Of a stretch of 64,000 bases of DNA, positions 53,410 to 64,000 are shown piece after piece (the stretch's first letter is position 1; each line of letters begins with the position of its first letter). The position numbers and the translations under genes were made by a program. The notes under the pieces were generated by a model, which was not told the DNA's origin, did no database searches, and saw only the letters and a program-made list of their open reading frames with translations. Origin of the DNA: an uncultured Acidobacteriota bacterium (lineage in GTDB: Bacteria; Acidobacteriota; UBA6911; RPQK01; JAPXNP01); contig CAVZRV010000028.1 in the NCBI GenBank assembly GCA_963777605.1, positions 96,001-160,000 of the forward strand, written 5' to 3'.

Positions 53410-56400
53410 GTGCACAAAGCTGCGATCCGTTTTGTCCTGACTTTTGGCATCCTCGCCGTCACGGGCTCATTCGCCCCGGCTCAGTCGCCTGACCTGTACG
53501 GCGAGATGAACTGGCGTTCCATCGGGCCGACACGGGCATCACGTACTCGGGCGCTCGATGGTGTTCCTGATCAGCCCAACGTCTTTTATGCCGGATTCGA
53601 CAACGGGGGCGTGTGGCGCACCACCGACTACGGATCCACCTGGCAGCCCATCTTCGATGACCAGCCCACAAGCTCCATCGGTGCGATCGCTGTGGCGCCT
53701 TCTGATCCGAGCATCATCTATGTCGGAAGCGGCGCCGGCATCATCCGGCCGGATCTCTCGACCGGCGACGGCATGTACAAGTCCACCGACGGCGGTGCAA
53801 CCTGGACGCACCTGGGGCTCCGAGACAGCCAGATGATTGCGGATGTGGTCGTCGATCCCGCAAACCCCGAACGTCTCTTTGTCGGAGTTCTGGGTCACCC
53901 CTACGGCCCCAACGAGGAAAGAGGGATATTCAGGTCCACCGACGGCGGTCTGACGTTCGAGAGAGTCCTGTACCTTGACGAGTACACCAGGGGCAACGAC
54001 ATCCTCCTCGACCCCTCTGACCCGAACACTGTCTACGCCACGCTCTGGCAGCAGCAGGAGGCATTCCGGGAGGGCGACGAGTTCGGCGGTTCGGGCGAGC
54101 GCATCTTTAAATCCATGGACGGAGGCACCACCTGGCGCCCTCTGACTGAAGGTCTCCCCAGCGTCATCCAGGCCAATCTGGCTGCGGCGCCCAGCAACCC
54201 TCGGGTCGTCTATGCCATGGTTGCGGGAGTACCTCGAGGAAATGAAAACACCAGCGTCAACGGGGTCGTGGGGTTGTACAAGTCCACGGACGCCGGTGAG
54301 CACTGGAGCCCGGTCAACGTGCCGGAGGGACCCGTGGGAGTTGCGACGCCCCATGTGGACACGCGGCCCCTGGCGCGCATCGGGGGCGGGGACCTGCCCA
54401 CCATCACCGTGGATCCCACGGACGAGAACGTCATTTACAGCGCCACGGTGGTCATGTGGCGGAGTGATGACGGCGGGGTCCACTGGACCGCGGTGCGGGG
54501 CGCCTATGGCGGAGACGACTACCAGAAAATCTGGATCAACCCGAAGAACCCTAACATCATCTTCACCGTGTCCGACCAGGGCGCCGTAATCTCGGCCAAC
54601 CGCGGCGAGTCATGGAGCAACTGGTACACCCAGCCCACCGCAGCCATGTTCCACGTAACCGCCGACAACGACTTCCCGTACCGTCTCTGTGCCGGTCAGC
54701 AGGATGCGGGTTCCGCCTGTGTCCAGAGCCGTTCCATGGACGGCATGATCACCTTCCACGACTGGCACCCGGTCAACATCCAGGAATACGGCATCGCCGC
54801 GCCGGACCCCCGCGATCCGGACATGGTCTACGGCAGCAGCCGGTCGGACGTCACCCTCTACAACCGCAAAACGCGCCAGACCACGCATGTCGGACCGGAC
54901 ATGGGCCCGCGCGGCGGGCCGTTCAACCGGGATGTGCGCACCATGCCGATCCTGTGGTCGCCGGTCGACCCGGATCTGCTGTTCTACGTCTCCAACGTAG
55001 CCTGGAAGACCCATGACCGAGGCAAGAGCTGGACACGGATCAGCCCCGACCTTTCGCGCGCCACCTGGAACATCCCCGCTAATGTTGGGAAATACGCCTC
55101 CGATGTCACACCGGCTCAGCAGGGCACCATCACCGCACTGTCGGCTTCCTCATTGGACGTGGACGTCCTTTGGGCCGGCACCGATGACGGCAACATCCAG
55201 GTGACGACGGACGGGGGCGCCCACTGGAGCAACGTGACTCCGCCCGAGATCAAACCATGGACCCGCATCTTCAATATTGAAGCGGGCCACTTTGACAAAG
55301 GCACCGCGTACGCCGCAGCGAATACGATGCGCCTCGACGACATGAATCCCCACTTCTGGCGCACCCACGACGGAGGCCGGACGTGGACCGAGATCAACAA
55401 CGGACTTGATGCCGGAGCCGTGGCCAACTCGATCCGGGAAGATCCCCGAAAGCCGGGGCTCCTCTATGCCGCCACGGAAACCCAGGTCTGGTTCTCCGTT
55501 GACGACGGCGACCACTGGAGTTCGCTTCGCCTGAACATGCCGGCGGTTTCGGTGCGCGAAATCAAAGTGAAGGACGACAGCACCTGTCTGTGCTCCGACC
55601 TGGTTGCGGGCACGCACGGACGAGGCTTTTGGATCCTGGATAACGTGACGCCCCTGCGGCAGGTGGCGGAGGCACAGGCGGCGAGCGGCGCCTACCTGTT
55701 CAAGCCGGCAACGGCGCTCCGCGTTCGTTTCGTTACCAACGACCCCACGGAGTGGCCGCCGGAGGTGCCGCACGGAGAGAACCCGCTCCCGGGCGCAATC
55801 ATCGACTACTACCTGGCCACTGACACCTCAAGTCCCGTCAATCTCGATATTCTGGACGCCGACGGGAAAGTCGTGCGCTCCCTTTCCAGCGACGACCCGG
55901 TGCTCGTTCCCGATCCCGGGCTCGATCCCGAGGGGTACGACAAGATCTGCAGGAAGGATCCCACCGCCCCCGACTGCAGCGTTCCCCTCTACTGGCCGGC
56001 GCCGCAGATGGTCCTCTCGACCCGAAAGGGGATGCATCGCTTCTCCTGGGATCTCCACTTTGATCCCATCGGGCCTGAGCCCAGGGAGGCGAGCGGCGCA
56101 AACGGGGCCGTGCCCCACCGGACCTACCCGTCGGCGCGGGCGCCCTGGGCCCCTCCGGGCGAGTACACGGTGCGCCTGACGGTGAACGGCGAGCAATTCA
56201 GCCAACCGCTTTCGCTGCGTCTCGACCCCCGAGTAACGACATCCTCTGAGGACCTGGCCCTCCTGGCATCCCTGTCGAGGGAAATGTACGACGGAGCCGT
56301 AGCTGCTCACGCTGCATACGAAGAGGCCCGGGTCCTGGTAGCGGAGCTCGAAACGACAGGAAAGTTGGACGCCAAGGCCAAGGTCGAAGCGCTGGCGCCA

Positions 56401-56625
56401 CCGCCTCAACCCCGGGATCGCCGCCGCTTCCGGCGGAGCGAACCCGCCGGTCCGCCCACCCTGGCAAGCGTCAGCGAGGCCATGATGAACGCTGCCATGG
56501 CAATGCAGGAAGCGGACGTATCACCGACGAAGCGGCAGATCGAGGCCTGCGACGCGGCGCATGCCCAGTTCGAGGAATTGATGCCGCGCTGGAACGCCCT
56601 CAAGGCGGCTCACTCGAAACGGTGA
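53410..56625 (+). CDS. Secreted BNR/VPS10-repeat glycosyl hydrolase-like protein
   Basis: WRSIGP; many Asp-boxes (STDGGATW, SDDGGVHW); THGRGFWILD. Confidence 0.85.
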   Translation: MHKAAIRFVLTFGILAVTGSFAPAQSPDLYGEMNWRSIGPTRASRTRALDGVPDQPNVFYAGFDNGGVWRTTDYGSTWQPIFDDQPTSSIGAIAVAPSDPSIIYVGSGAGIIRPDLSTGDGMYKSTDGGATWTHLGLRDSQMIADVVVDPANPERLFVGVLGHPYGPNEERGIFRSTDGGLTFERVLYLDEYTRGNDILLDPSDPNTVYATLWQQQEAFREGDEFGGSGERIFKSMDGGTTWRPLTEGLPSVIQANLAAAPSNPRVVYAMVAGVPRGNENTSVNGVVGLYKSTDAGEHWSPVNVPEGPVGVATPHVDTRPLARIGGGDLPTITVDPTDENVIYSATVVMWRSDDGGVHWTAVRGAYGGDDYQKIWINPKNPNIIFTVSDQGAVISANRGESWSNWYTQPTAAMFHVTADNDFPYRLCAGQQDAGSACVQSRSMDGMITFHDWHPVNIQEYGIAAPDPRDPDMVYGSSRSDVTLYNRKTRQTTHVGPDMGPRGGPFNRDVRTMPILWSPVDPDLLFYVSNVAWKTHDRGKSWTRISPDLSRATWNIPANVGKYASDVTPAQQGTITALSASSLDVDVLWAGTDDGNIQVTTDGGAHWSNVTPPEIKPWTRIFNIEAGHFDKGTAYAAANTMRLDDMNPHFWRTHDGGRTWTEINNGLDAGAVANSIREDPRKPGLLYAATETQVWFSVDDGDHWSSLRLNMPAVSVREIKVKDDSTCLCSDLVAGTHGRGFWILDNVTPLRQVAEAQAASGAYLFKPATALRVRFVTNDPTEWPPEVPHGENPLPGAIIDYYLATDTSSPVNLDILDADGKVVRSLSSDDPVLVPDPGLDPEGYDKICRKDPTAPDCSVPLYWPAPQMVLSTRKGMHRFSWDLHFDPIGPEPREASGANGAVPHRTYPSARAPWAPPGEYTVRLTVNGEQFSQPLSLRLDPRVTTSSEDLALLASLSREMYDGAVAAHAAYEEARVLVAELETTGKLDAKAKVEALAPPPQPRDRRRFRRSEPAGPPTLASVSEAMMNAAMAMQEADVSPTKRQIEACDAAHAQFEELMPRWNALKAAHSKR

Positions 56626-56767
56626 GCACCGAGGACCGATCGGGCGGCCCCTCCGCACTGTTCATCGTGTGGAATCGCGGGTAGCAGCGACTGTTCTCAA
56701 CCCCCGGCGAAGTAAACCTCGTCCCGGACCAGGGCCTATCGGCCGTCAAGCTGCGCTGGACGTTTAG

Positions 56768-58746
56768 CCCAAGTTCGTCACGAAAGCGCTTGAGCGAGTT
56801 GTAAGTCGTTTAGATTCAGTCAAGCGCTTTGCAAAGTCTCCACTACACTCGGATTGAAGTCGAGCCGTTCCGGCAGGGTGATCTTCAACTGATTGAGCAG
56901 TTGTTTCTGTTCCGGTTCGGGCCGGGTCACCCGTCGCAGCCGGATCTCCCGTCCGTCGGTCGTCGGCAAGACGATGTCCGCACTCTGGATCGTCGACAGC
57001 AGGCTCAGTGCCCGGGCCGGGGACAGATCCGAACCGCGTGCTTTCAACAGGTGCTTGAGCGTCACCCACAGCGCATAACCGAGAAACGCCACCAGGACGT
57101 GGGCCTTGATCCGGCTCTCCTTGCGGTGGAAGATCGGCCGGATCGCCAGTTCACTTTTCAGCGTCCGGAACACCGACTCGACTTCGGTCAACTGGATGTA
57201 CTTCGTCCACAACTGCTCGGCCGTCTCCGCTTCCAGGTTCGTGCGCAGCAGATAAGCCCCTTCCCGCAACTCCTGCCAGTCCCGCCGCTCCTGCCGGTAA
57301 CTCCAGACCAGGCGAACTCCCTGCGGCGTGGTCTGGATCTCGGCCTCATACAGGTCGGCCACCTGGGGGTGACGGGCCAGGATCCCGCCCAACTGCCGTT
57401 CCATCTTCAGCCGGTCCTTCAACCGCCCTGTCTCGATCCGTCGGGCCAGGCTCTCGAGGGCCGTTTCCAGCCGATTCGAAAACCGGCTCCGGATCGCTGT
57501 CTCCTTCTCCTGTCGGGCCCGCGTCCGGCACAGCACGTAGGTCTCTTCTCCCGACGGCACCCGCACCAGCTTCACCTCCACGTCCTCTCGCACCGCGGCC
57601 CAGTCTTCGGCCAGCAGTTCCTGTTCAAACTCCTTCAGCTTCGCCCGTGGGGTTCCGACCAGATACCGGGCTCCCCGCTTGCGCAGCACCTTCAGATTGG
57701 CTTCGCTGACAATCCCCCGGTCGAACACCCACACCCGCCGCGCCTTTCCGTACTTGCGTTCCAGCACCCGCAACATCGTCTGCAGCGTCGTCACATCGGC
57801 CCGATTGCCGTCAAACACCTCATAACTGCACGGAAACCCTTCCGGATTGACCACCAGGGCCAGCACCAACTGCTTGCAGTCCGGGCGATGGTCCCGCGAG
57901 TAGCCCCGGCGCAGCATCCGGTTCTCCTCGCCCTGTCCCTCCACATACGTGCTCGTCAGGTCATACAGCAGGACGTCGAACGACGCTTCGAACAGTTCCC
58001 CGTAGCGTTGTTTCAGGTGCGTCTCCAACGCTGCCTTGTGTCGGACCAGTCGGTCCAGGCAGCGGTACAGGCGCGTATCGTTCAGCTGACCCGATGCGAT
58101 CCCCACCAGGTCATCCAGCGCCGTCGTTGGATACCAGGTCTGTTCGATGCCCCGTTCGCTGGCCGGCGCGATCAGTCGGTTGACGGCCAGTACGGCTGCT
58201 ACCCGGGACCACGGCACGTCGGCCGTTTCCCCATCCAGCAACCGCTCCAGCAGTCGATCCAGACCCAATTTCCGCCACAGTTCCAGCCCTACATAGCAAT
58301 CCCCGAACCGTCGCGAGCGCTCCAGCCGGACCTGACCCAACAGCACTCGGGCCACCCCAGGATCTTCTTCCACCGCAACGTCGGATGGAAACAGCTTCAA
58401 CTGCCGGCTCTCGCCCTGTTCGTTGAAGACCTCCACCGTCTTCAGCCACCGGCTCTGGGCCGAGTCGTTCAGTTCACCCAGGTAACAGAGCGTGCGCTGC
58501 CGGGGTCCGTCGGCCGTCCGCACGGTCTCCACCAGTGACCAGTAGGTGTGTTCCTTGCCGTCTTTAAATCGCCGATTCGGGCGCAGAAACATGCTTCAGA
58601 GATGGTGCCATTTCGCCACCAGGCCGCGCAATGGGGTAGGTCTACACTACATCGGGTTTTGGAAAATCGACCGTTGGAAACAAAAGACTTGCGGTCAAAA
58701 GGTCGCTGAAAATCGTCAGGAATGGCCCTTTCGTGACGAACTTGGG
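56768..58746 (-). mobile_element. Complete IS1634-family insertion sequence
   Basis: Perfect 19-bp TIRs CCCAAGTTCGTCACGAAAG (56768-56786 and 58728-58746); TTAG direct repeat on both flanks. Confidence 0.9.
56820..58592 (-). CDS. IS1634 family DDE transposase
   Basis: YWSLVETVR, LYDLTSTY, GYSRDHRPD, VFDRG, VESVFRTLK and RPIFH. Confidence 0.93.
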   Translation of the reverse strand: MFLRPNRRFKDGKEHTYWSLVETVRTADGPRQRTLCYLGELNDSAQSRWLKTVEVFNEQGESRQLKLFPSDVAVEEDPGVARVLLGQVRLERSRRFGDCYVGLELWRKLGLDRLLERLLDGETADVPWSRVAAVLAVNRLIAPASERGIEQTWYPTTALDDLVGIASGQLNDTRLYRCLDRLVRHKAALETHLKQRYGELFEASFDVLLYDLTSTYVEGQGEENRMLRRGYSRDHRPDCKQLVLALVVNPEGFPCSYEVFDGNRADVTTLQTMLRVLERKYGKARRVWVFDRGIVSEANLKVLRKRGARYLVGTPRAKLKEFEQELLAEDWAAVREDVEVKLVRVPSGEETYVLCRTRARQEKETAIRSRFSNRLETALESLARRIETGRLKDRLKMERQLGGILARHPQVADLYEAEIQTTPQGVRLVWSYRQERRDWQELREGAYLLRTNLEAETAEQLWTKYIQLTEVESVFRTLKSELAIRPIFHRKESRIKAHVLVAFLGYALWVTLKHLLKARGSDLSPARALSLLSTIQSADIVLPTTDGREIRLRRVTRPEPEQKQLLNQLKITLPERLDFNPSVVETLQSA

Positions 58747-58794
58747 TTAGGCCCCGCTGTTCCACGCCGCGGGATGGAAGATATTGAAAGCTCT

Positions 58795-60399
58795 CTACGG
58801 CTGCGAACAGAGCGAAATCGCTTCGGAGACCGTCTTGATCCCAATCGACTGATAGTCATTGAACGGACCGTCGGCGCTCCCGGCCGGCCAGGTGGCCGGG
58901 TCGGCGTACTGGCCGTCGTCCCGGAACTCATTCTGAAGGCGGGCGATTTCCGCCTTCAGCTCCTGGAACTTCGCCGCGATCTCCGGTTGAGCGGCTTCCG
59001 ACGGGTTGAAGAGCAGATTGTGCTGCTCGGTGGGATCGGAAACCAGGTCAAACAATTCGTAGGCGTCCTTGTCCCAGTAATAGATCAGCTTGTGCGTCGC
59101 CGTGCGCACGCCATAATGCGCTGCCGTGTTGTGATGTCCCGGGCTGTGGTAGTAGCGATAGTAAAGAGAAGTCCGCCAATCGGCCGGCGACTCGCCGCGC
59201 AGCAGCGGAGCCAGGCTGCGACCCTGCATCGACTCGGGGACATCCAGCCCGGCCAGGTCCAGGAACGTAGGGGCTAAATCAATGTTGGCCACAAACTGGT
59301 TCGGCGTGATCCCTGCCTTGATCCCGGGCCCGCGGGCCAGCAACGGGACGTGCAGCCCCGGTTCGTACATGAACCGCTTGTCGTAGAGACCCAGATCGCC
59401 CAGGTACCAGCCGTTGTCGGCCGAGTAGATGACGATGGTGCTCGTCTGCCAGACCCGATCGGTCGAGGTAGTCGAGAACTTTGCCAACACTGTCATCCAC
59501 ACCCTGCACGCAAGCCAGGTAGTCCTGCATGTAGCGTTGGTACTTCCACTTGGTGAGTTCCTTGCCCGTCAGAGCTCTGGCCGTCGACCGTCACTTCGGT
59601 CGGCTTCTACTGAAAGCCACTGGTTGCGTGCCTGGCCGTTCAGGCCCTCGGGTGGCTCCAACTTGAGATCGCGCCGCGTCAGATCGTGCGCCACCGTCTG
59701 CTGATTCTCCGGCAAGGCGGCGGGACGGGTCGCGTAGTCGTCCCACAGCGTGTCGGGCTCGGGGATGACCGCATCCTTGAAACGGGCCTTGTTGCGTTCG
59801 TCCGGCTCCCAGTCCCGGTGCGGCGCCTTATGATGCAGCATGAGAAAGAACGGTTTGTCCTTGGGCCGCGTCTCGAGGAATTCGATCCCGAGATCGCCGA
59901 TGATTTCGGTCACGTGCCCCTGAATCGTCAACCTCTTGCCCTGCACGAGGAAGTCAGGGTTCCAGTACACGCCCTGGCCGGGCAGCACGATCCAGCGGTC
60001 GAAGCCGGTCGGGTCGCTCCCCAGGTGCCACTTGCCGATCATGCCGGTGTGGTAGCCGCCGGCCTGAAGGTGCTTGGCGACCGTATCGCGGGAGCCATCA
60101 AAACGATTGAAGACCGGGACGCCGTTCAGGTGCGAGTACTGGCCGGTTATCAAGGTCGCACGGCTTGGCGTGCAGATCGAATTGGTGACGAAGGAATTGG
60201 TGAACCGGACCCCTCCCTCGGCGAGCCGGTCGATGTTCGGCGTCTGGTTGACCTTGGAGCCGTACGCGGAGATCGCGTGCTCGGCGTGGTCGTCCGAGAA
60301 GATAAAGAGGATATTGGGGCGCTGGGCAGCCGTCGCGGCGCCCGTGACGATCAGAGACAAGGCCCCCACCACAAGACAGGTCCATTTGCGAAAAAACAT
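58795..60399 (-). CDS. Sulfatase (N-acetylglucosamine-6-sulfatase-like), frameshifted near 59590 and 59450
   Basis: PNILFIFSDD, CTPSR, GKWHL, HHKAPH, DYLACVQGVDD and DKRFMYE across three frames. Confidence 0.85.
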
Positions 60400-60943
60400 T
60401 TCGGGATTCCTTTGGTTGCGTGCACGCCAGAGCATGATGATAACCGACGATTCCTCCAGTCAGGCGTGTCCGCTGACTTGTTTTGATCCGGTTTTTCAGT
60501 CCCAGAGGTGGTAACCCATGTAGATCAGTAGGGCTCCTCCAGTTGGCCATCCGCACCTTCATTCTTGGTTCTGATCGGATCCGATCGTCTACAGTAACCA
60601 GCAAGAAACTATAACCGGCGTTGCTTTCAATTTCCAAAGGATTCGTTTCCTCCTGTGTCCGCATGCCCCTCGAACACAAGGCTGCAACTCCAGGGGAGTT
60701 GGTGGCGATGATCATCACCCGGGTGACCGGATCGACCGCCTGGGATGGCGCACCGCAGGACGAGTCCGCGCGTTCGGCCACGGTCGAGGCGGCATAGGAA
60801 CGTCGGCCTATATGGCCTGCCTGATCATGATGTCAGCATCGCCGTAATGATCAACCACTTTGGCGGTGGCCTCTTGACTCGGACCGTCAGGGACCTTGCC
60901 CGAGTCGCAGCCTTTCATACGGAATCGACGCCGAGAGATCAAT

Positions 60944-62071
60944 TCAGTCTTCGGCCATCTTCATCACAATCAGGGAAACATCATCGGTAGGGTGGAGTTC
61001 GGCCGAATTCTCTTCGAGATATGTGAGGAGACCATCCAGGATTTCGGTAGCCCTCCGAGCAGCCAGCCCTCGCAGCAATTCAGCCAACGTTGTTCTGCCA
61101 AGCTCACGACCATCGAGATCCAGAGCCTCAGTGAGCCCGTCGGTGTAAAGTAGTAAAAGGTCACCGGGTGACAGCAAAAGGTGGCCTTCCTCATATTGGC
61201 TGCCGCGAAAAGCTCCCAGTAATATGCCTCCGGTCTCAAGTTCGAGAAGACTTCCATCTGACCGCAACAGGATCGGAAAATTGTGTCCCGCATTGCAGTA
61301 GGAGAGCATCCGATCCCGTTCATCGTAGACCCCATAAAACGCTGTGACAAAACGGTTTGCCGCAGTAGTCTCCCAGAGAAGGTCGTTCACCTTGGTCATT
61401 ATCGTTGTCATGGCATAGTTATTTCGAATCTCCGCCAGCAATGCGGCCCGAAACGCTGCCATCATAAGTCCGGCCGGGATCCCCTTGCCGGCAACATCGC
61501 CGATCACCAGGCCCCAGTGTCCTTCCACAATCTTGAAGACGTCGTAATAGTCTCCACTGACCAGGTCTGATGGAATATTGACGGCAGCAAGATCTACGCC
61601 TCGTAGCTGAGGCAAAGACTCGGGGAAGAAATGAAGCTGCGTAAGCCTGGAGGCTTTGACGCTGTTCGTCAGTGCCTTGTGCTCTTCGTAGCGAGAAACA
61701 TCCTCGAGGATTGCTGTCAGTAGAACCTCACCGCTTGGCAGTTCCAATCTGAAAATCGAGGCCTTCGCTGGAAAGGTAGAGCCGTCCTTGCGCCGGCCCA
61801 CAATTTCTCCCCGAAATCCCATCTCCCGTGCAACATCGCCAGACGCAATGAATTCACGCAGATGGCGTTCGTGCAGAGCCCTTAATGACGAGGGGATGAG
61901 AATGCCCAGCGGACGCCCCAAAATGTCTTGTCTCTCGTAGCCGAAGATCCGCTCGGCGGCGGGGTTGAACGAAGTAATGACAGCACTGGAATCGACGGTG
62001 ACGATGGCTTCGTTTGAATATTCCAGAATCCCTTCCCCGAGGGATTGAAAGATGCCTTTTTCCATGCTCAA
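60944..62071 (-). CDS. PAS domain + PP2C (SpoIIE/RsbU) phosphatase
   Basis: FNPAAERIFGY PAS; SGDYYD, GDVAGKG, YTDGLTE and DDVS. Confidence 0.9.
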   Translation of the reverse strand: MSMEKGIFQSLGEGILEYSNEAIVTVDSSAVITSFNPAAERIFGYERQDILGRPLGILIPSSLRALHERHLREFIASGDVAREMGFRGEIVGRRKDGSTFPAKASIFRLELPSGEVLLTAILEDVSRYEEHKALTNSVKASRLTQLHFFPESLPQLRGVDLAAVNIPSDLVSGDYYDVFKIVEGHWGLVIGDVAGKGIPAGLMMAAFRAALLAEIRNNYAMTTIMTKVNDLLWETTAANRFVTAFYGVYDERDRMLSYCNAGHNFPILLRSDGSLLELETGGILLGAFRGSQYEEGHLLLSPGDLLLLYTDGLTEALDLDGRELGRTTLAELLRGLAARRATEILDGLLTYLEENSAELHPTDDVSLIVMKMAED

Positions 62072-62342
62072 GGTACCCTAACTGGATTCAGGTCGGGATG
62101 CAATGGCCGCCTCATTCTGATGCGGTTGTTGAACCTTATCTCATGCTGGACCTGTCCTCCCGCATCTCGACCGGGGCGCAAATCCCCGACGTGCTATACT
62201 GAGATTTGGTCACGTGACGCGTCCACCTCTTCCTATCGGTGTCACCCGCTGGGCGCCAACAGACGTCAAGTAACAATCGGAACTCCCGCCCCCTGGCCAG
62301 AGCAGAATCGATCAGCCAATACCGCCACAAAGAAAGAATATT

Positions 62343-62876
62343 ATGACCGGACGTATTGAGAAGCTGGCAACGACGAAGGAACTTGGCCACATTACCACCA
62401 ACAGTGGGCCTGCCCAATTCCACTTCACTTACCGGCAGACACTCGACGCTCCGGACCGATTGACCGTTGGCCAACTGGTCAGCTTCGAAGTCGAGAAGGG
62501 CGCCGTCGCATTTGCCGTTGGGGTCCGCCCCAAGGAGTCGGATGAGCCTCTTCCCGAGAGTCGAAGCGCAGCGCGTGAGATCCGCTATCAGGGTTTTGAG
62601 CAAACGAGAAACATCCGATCCTACAAGTTTCAGGCATGGCGTAGCGGCGAGGAGAACGAGGAAGCAATCGTGACCGCTGACCTCGCTTTGTTTCGCAGAC
62701 ATGGAATTGGCATCCAGGAAGGCCCCGGAATTTGTCTGCGACTGGTGGAGGCAGAGTTCCGGGAGAGTTCCGCGATCGACTCGACTGTCTGGAGGCGTCA
62801 ACTCTCCGACAAGGAATTGGAAGCTTACATTTCAGCCCGGGCAATTCCCAAGAACTCCCGCAGGAAGAGAAGTTGA
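62343..62876 (+). CDS. Hypothetical protein with cold-shock-like N-terminus
   Basis: MTGRIEKL...GHIT...FHF...LTVGQLVSFEV resembles a cold-shock OB fold. Confidence 0.6.
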   Translation: MTGRIEKLATTKELGHITTNSGPAQFHFTYRQTLDAPDRLTVGQLVSFEVEKGAVAFAVGVRPKESDEPLPESRSAAREIRYQGFEQTRNIRSYKFQAWRSGEENEEAIVTADLALFRRHGIGIQEGPGICLRLVEAEFRESSAIDSTVWRRQLSDKELEAYISARAIPKNSRRKRS

Positions 62877-62894
62877 CCCGCTGGAACCCTCTCC

Positions 62895-64000
62895 ATGCCA
62901 CGTAACAAGCTCATCGCCTTTGTACTGGCGGGCGGCACGGGTACCCGCTTGCTCCCGCTGACAAAAGATCGCGCCAAACCTGCCATCTCGATCGGGGGGA
63001 AGTACCGGATCATCGATTTTGCCTTGAGCAATCTGATCAATTCCGGCGTTTACTCCATCTACGTTTTGGTTCAGTTCAAGAGCCAATCCTTGTTACGGCA
63101 CCTCAGGCACGGATGGCAGTTTGCGAACATCTTAAGTGATCAATTCATCATTCCGGTACCCGCGCAAAAGCACTCGCCCGATGGAAAGTGGTACGAAGGC
63201 ACGGCAGACGCCGTCTATCAGAATCTCAACCTGATTGACGATGTTGAAGATCAGCTCGTAGCAATCTTTGGTGGAGACCACATTTACCAGATGGACGTCA
63301 GCCAGATGATTGAATTTCACGAAAAGAAACAGGCAGAAGTAACAGTCGCCACGATCCCGGTGGAAAAGGATCTGGCGGCAGAATTTGGCGTGGTTGAAGT
63401 GGCAGAGTCTGGAAAGATCCTGGCGTTCCATGAAAAGCGGGCCGACGCCCCCAGAATGCCGGGCGAACCGCATCTCGTCCATGCATCGATGGGAAATTAC
63501 ATCTTTTCTGCCCAGACGCTGCGGGAGGCACTTCGGTTCGACTCAGCGAGATCGAACAGCACGCATGACTTTGGCCGAGACATATTGCCTGGGCTTCTCG
63601 GACAAGCTCCTGTCTATGCCTATGACTTCCAAACCAATCAGGTACCCGGGGAACTGGGCGGCAGGCCTGCGTATTGGAAGGACGTCGGCACGCTGCAGGC
63701 ATATTATGATGCTCAAATGGACCTTTGCGCTTCCCTGCCCTCGCTGAATCTTTACAATCATCGGTGGCCGATCCGAACAGCCAGTTTTGCTGACCCCTGC
63801 GCAAAGTTCACCTATGACCGTGAGGGCCGATCCGGCCAGGCGATCGGCTCGCTGGTCTCGGGCGGCTGTATTGTCGTTGGAGGTGAAATCCGAAATTCGG
63901 TCCTGGGCCGGAACGTCCGCGTAAACAGCGGTGCCAGAATTGATGATTCGATTGTCCTTGACAACTGTGTAATCGGTCGAAATTCAAGGATACGCAGGGC
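62895..64000 (+). CDS. glgC: Glucose-1-phosphate adenylyltransferase (runs off the window end)
   Basis: Translated by hand: VLAGGTGTRLLPLTKDRAKPA, WYEGTADAVYQN, GDHIY, SMGNY and YWKDVGT. Confidence 0.95.
   Translation, partial: MPRNKLIAFVLAGGTGTRLLPLTKDRAKPAISIGGKYRIIDFALSNLINSGVYSIYVLVQFKSQSLLRHLRHGWQFANILSDQFIIPVPAQKHSPDGKWYEGTADAVYQNLNLIDDVEDQLVAIFGGDHIYQMDVSQMIEFHEKKQAEVTVATIPVEKDLAAEFGVVEVAESGKILAFHEKRADAPRMPGEPHLVHASMGNYIFSAQTLREALRFDSARSNSTHDFGRDILPGLLGQAPVYAYDFQTNQVPGELGGRPAYWKDVGTLQAYYDAQMDLCASLPSLNLYNHRWPIRTASFADPCAKFTYDREGRSGQAIGSLVSGGCIVVGGEIRNSVLGRNVRVNSGARIDDSIVLDNCVIGRNSRIRR

Noticed and set aside
56829-58538. 569-aa ORF antisense to the IS1634 transposase
   Set aside because: Shadow ORF expected from codon bias in high-GC genes; no motifs.

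Overview
GC-rich bacterial DNA. Gene content and protein style suggest Acidobacteriota (inference). It is probably a long-read or metagenome assembly, because several genes carry single-base indels. Two features stand out. (1) A split lasso-peptide (RiPP) gene cluster at about 11.8-28.8 kb. It contains an Asn-synthetase-like cyclase, a B2 leader peptidase, an HPr-kinase-like enzyme, a sulfotransferase, an ATP-grasp enzyme, an ABC exporter and TWO tandem precursor+RRE (PqqD/B1) cassettes. The cassettes have conserved leaders and different cores (GKASFISLETKYQSGPS and, after correcting two indels, approximately GKIVVPSSETLGTKYNSAPS), and each is joined to an array of GC-rich palindromic repeats. 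(2) A 4.6-kb higher-order array of the same palindromic repeat family at 41.0-45.6 kb, with two near-identical HUH/Y1 (RAYT-like) transposase genes embedded in it. The shared repeats suggest that a RAYT/REP-type system seeded or drove duplication of the lasso precursor cassettes (inference). The rest is mostly housekeeping or accessory: PadR plus membrane protein, a Doc-type TA pair, three sulfatases, GH109, tricorn protease, two MscS, an MCP, LysM/BON, ADH, katG with a divergent Fur/PerR, a BNR/VPS10 hydrolase, a complete IS1634-family element with 19-bp TIRs, a PAS-PP2C phosphatase and a partial glgC.
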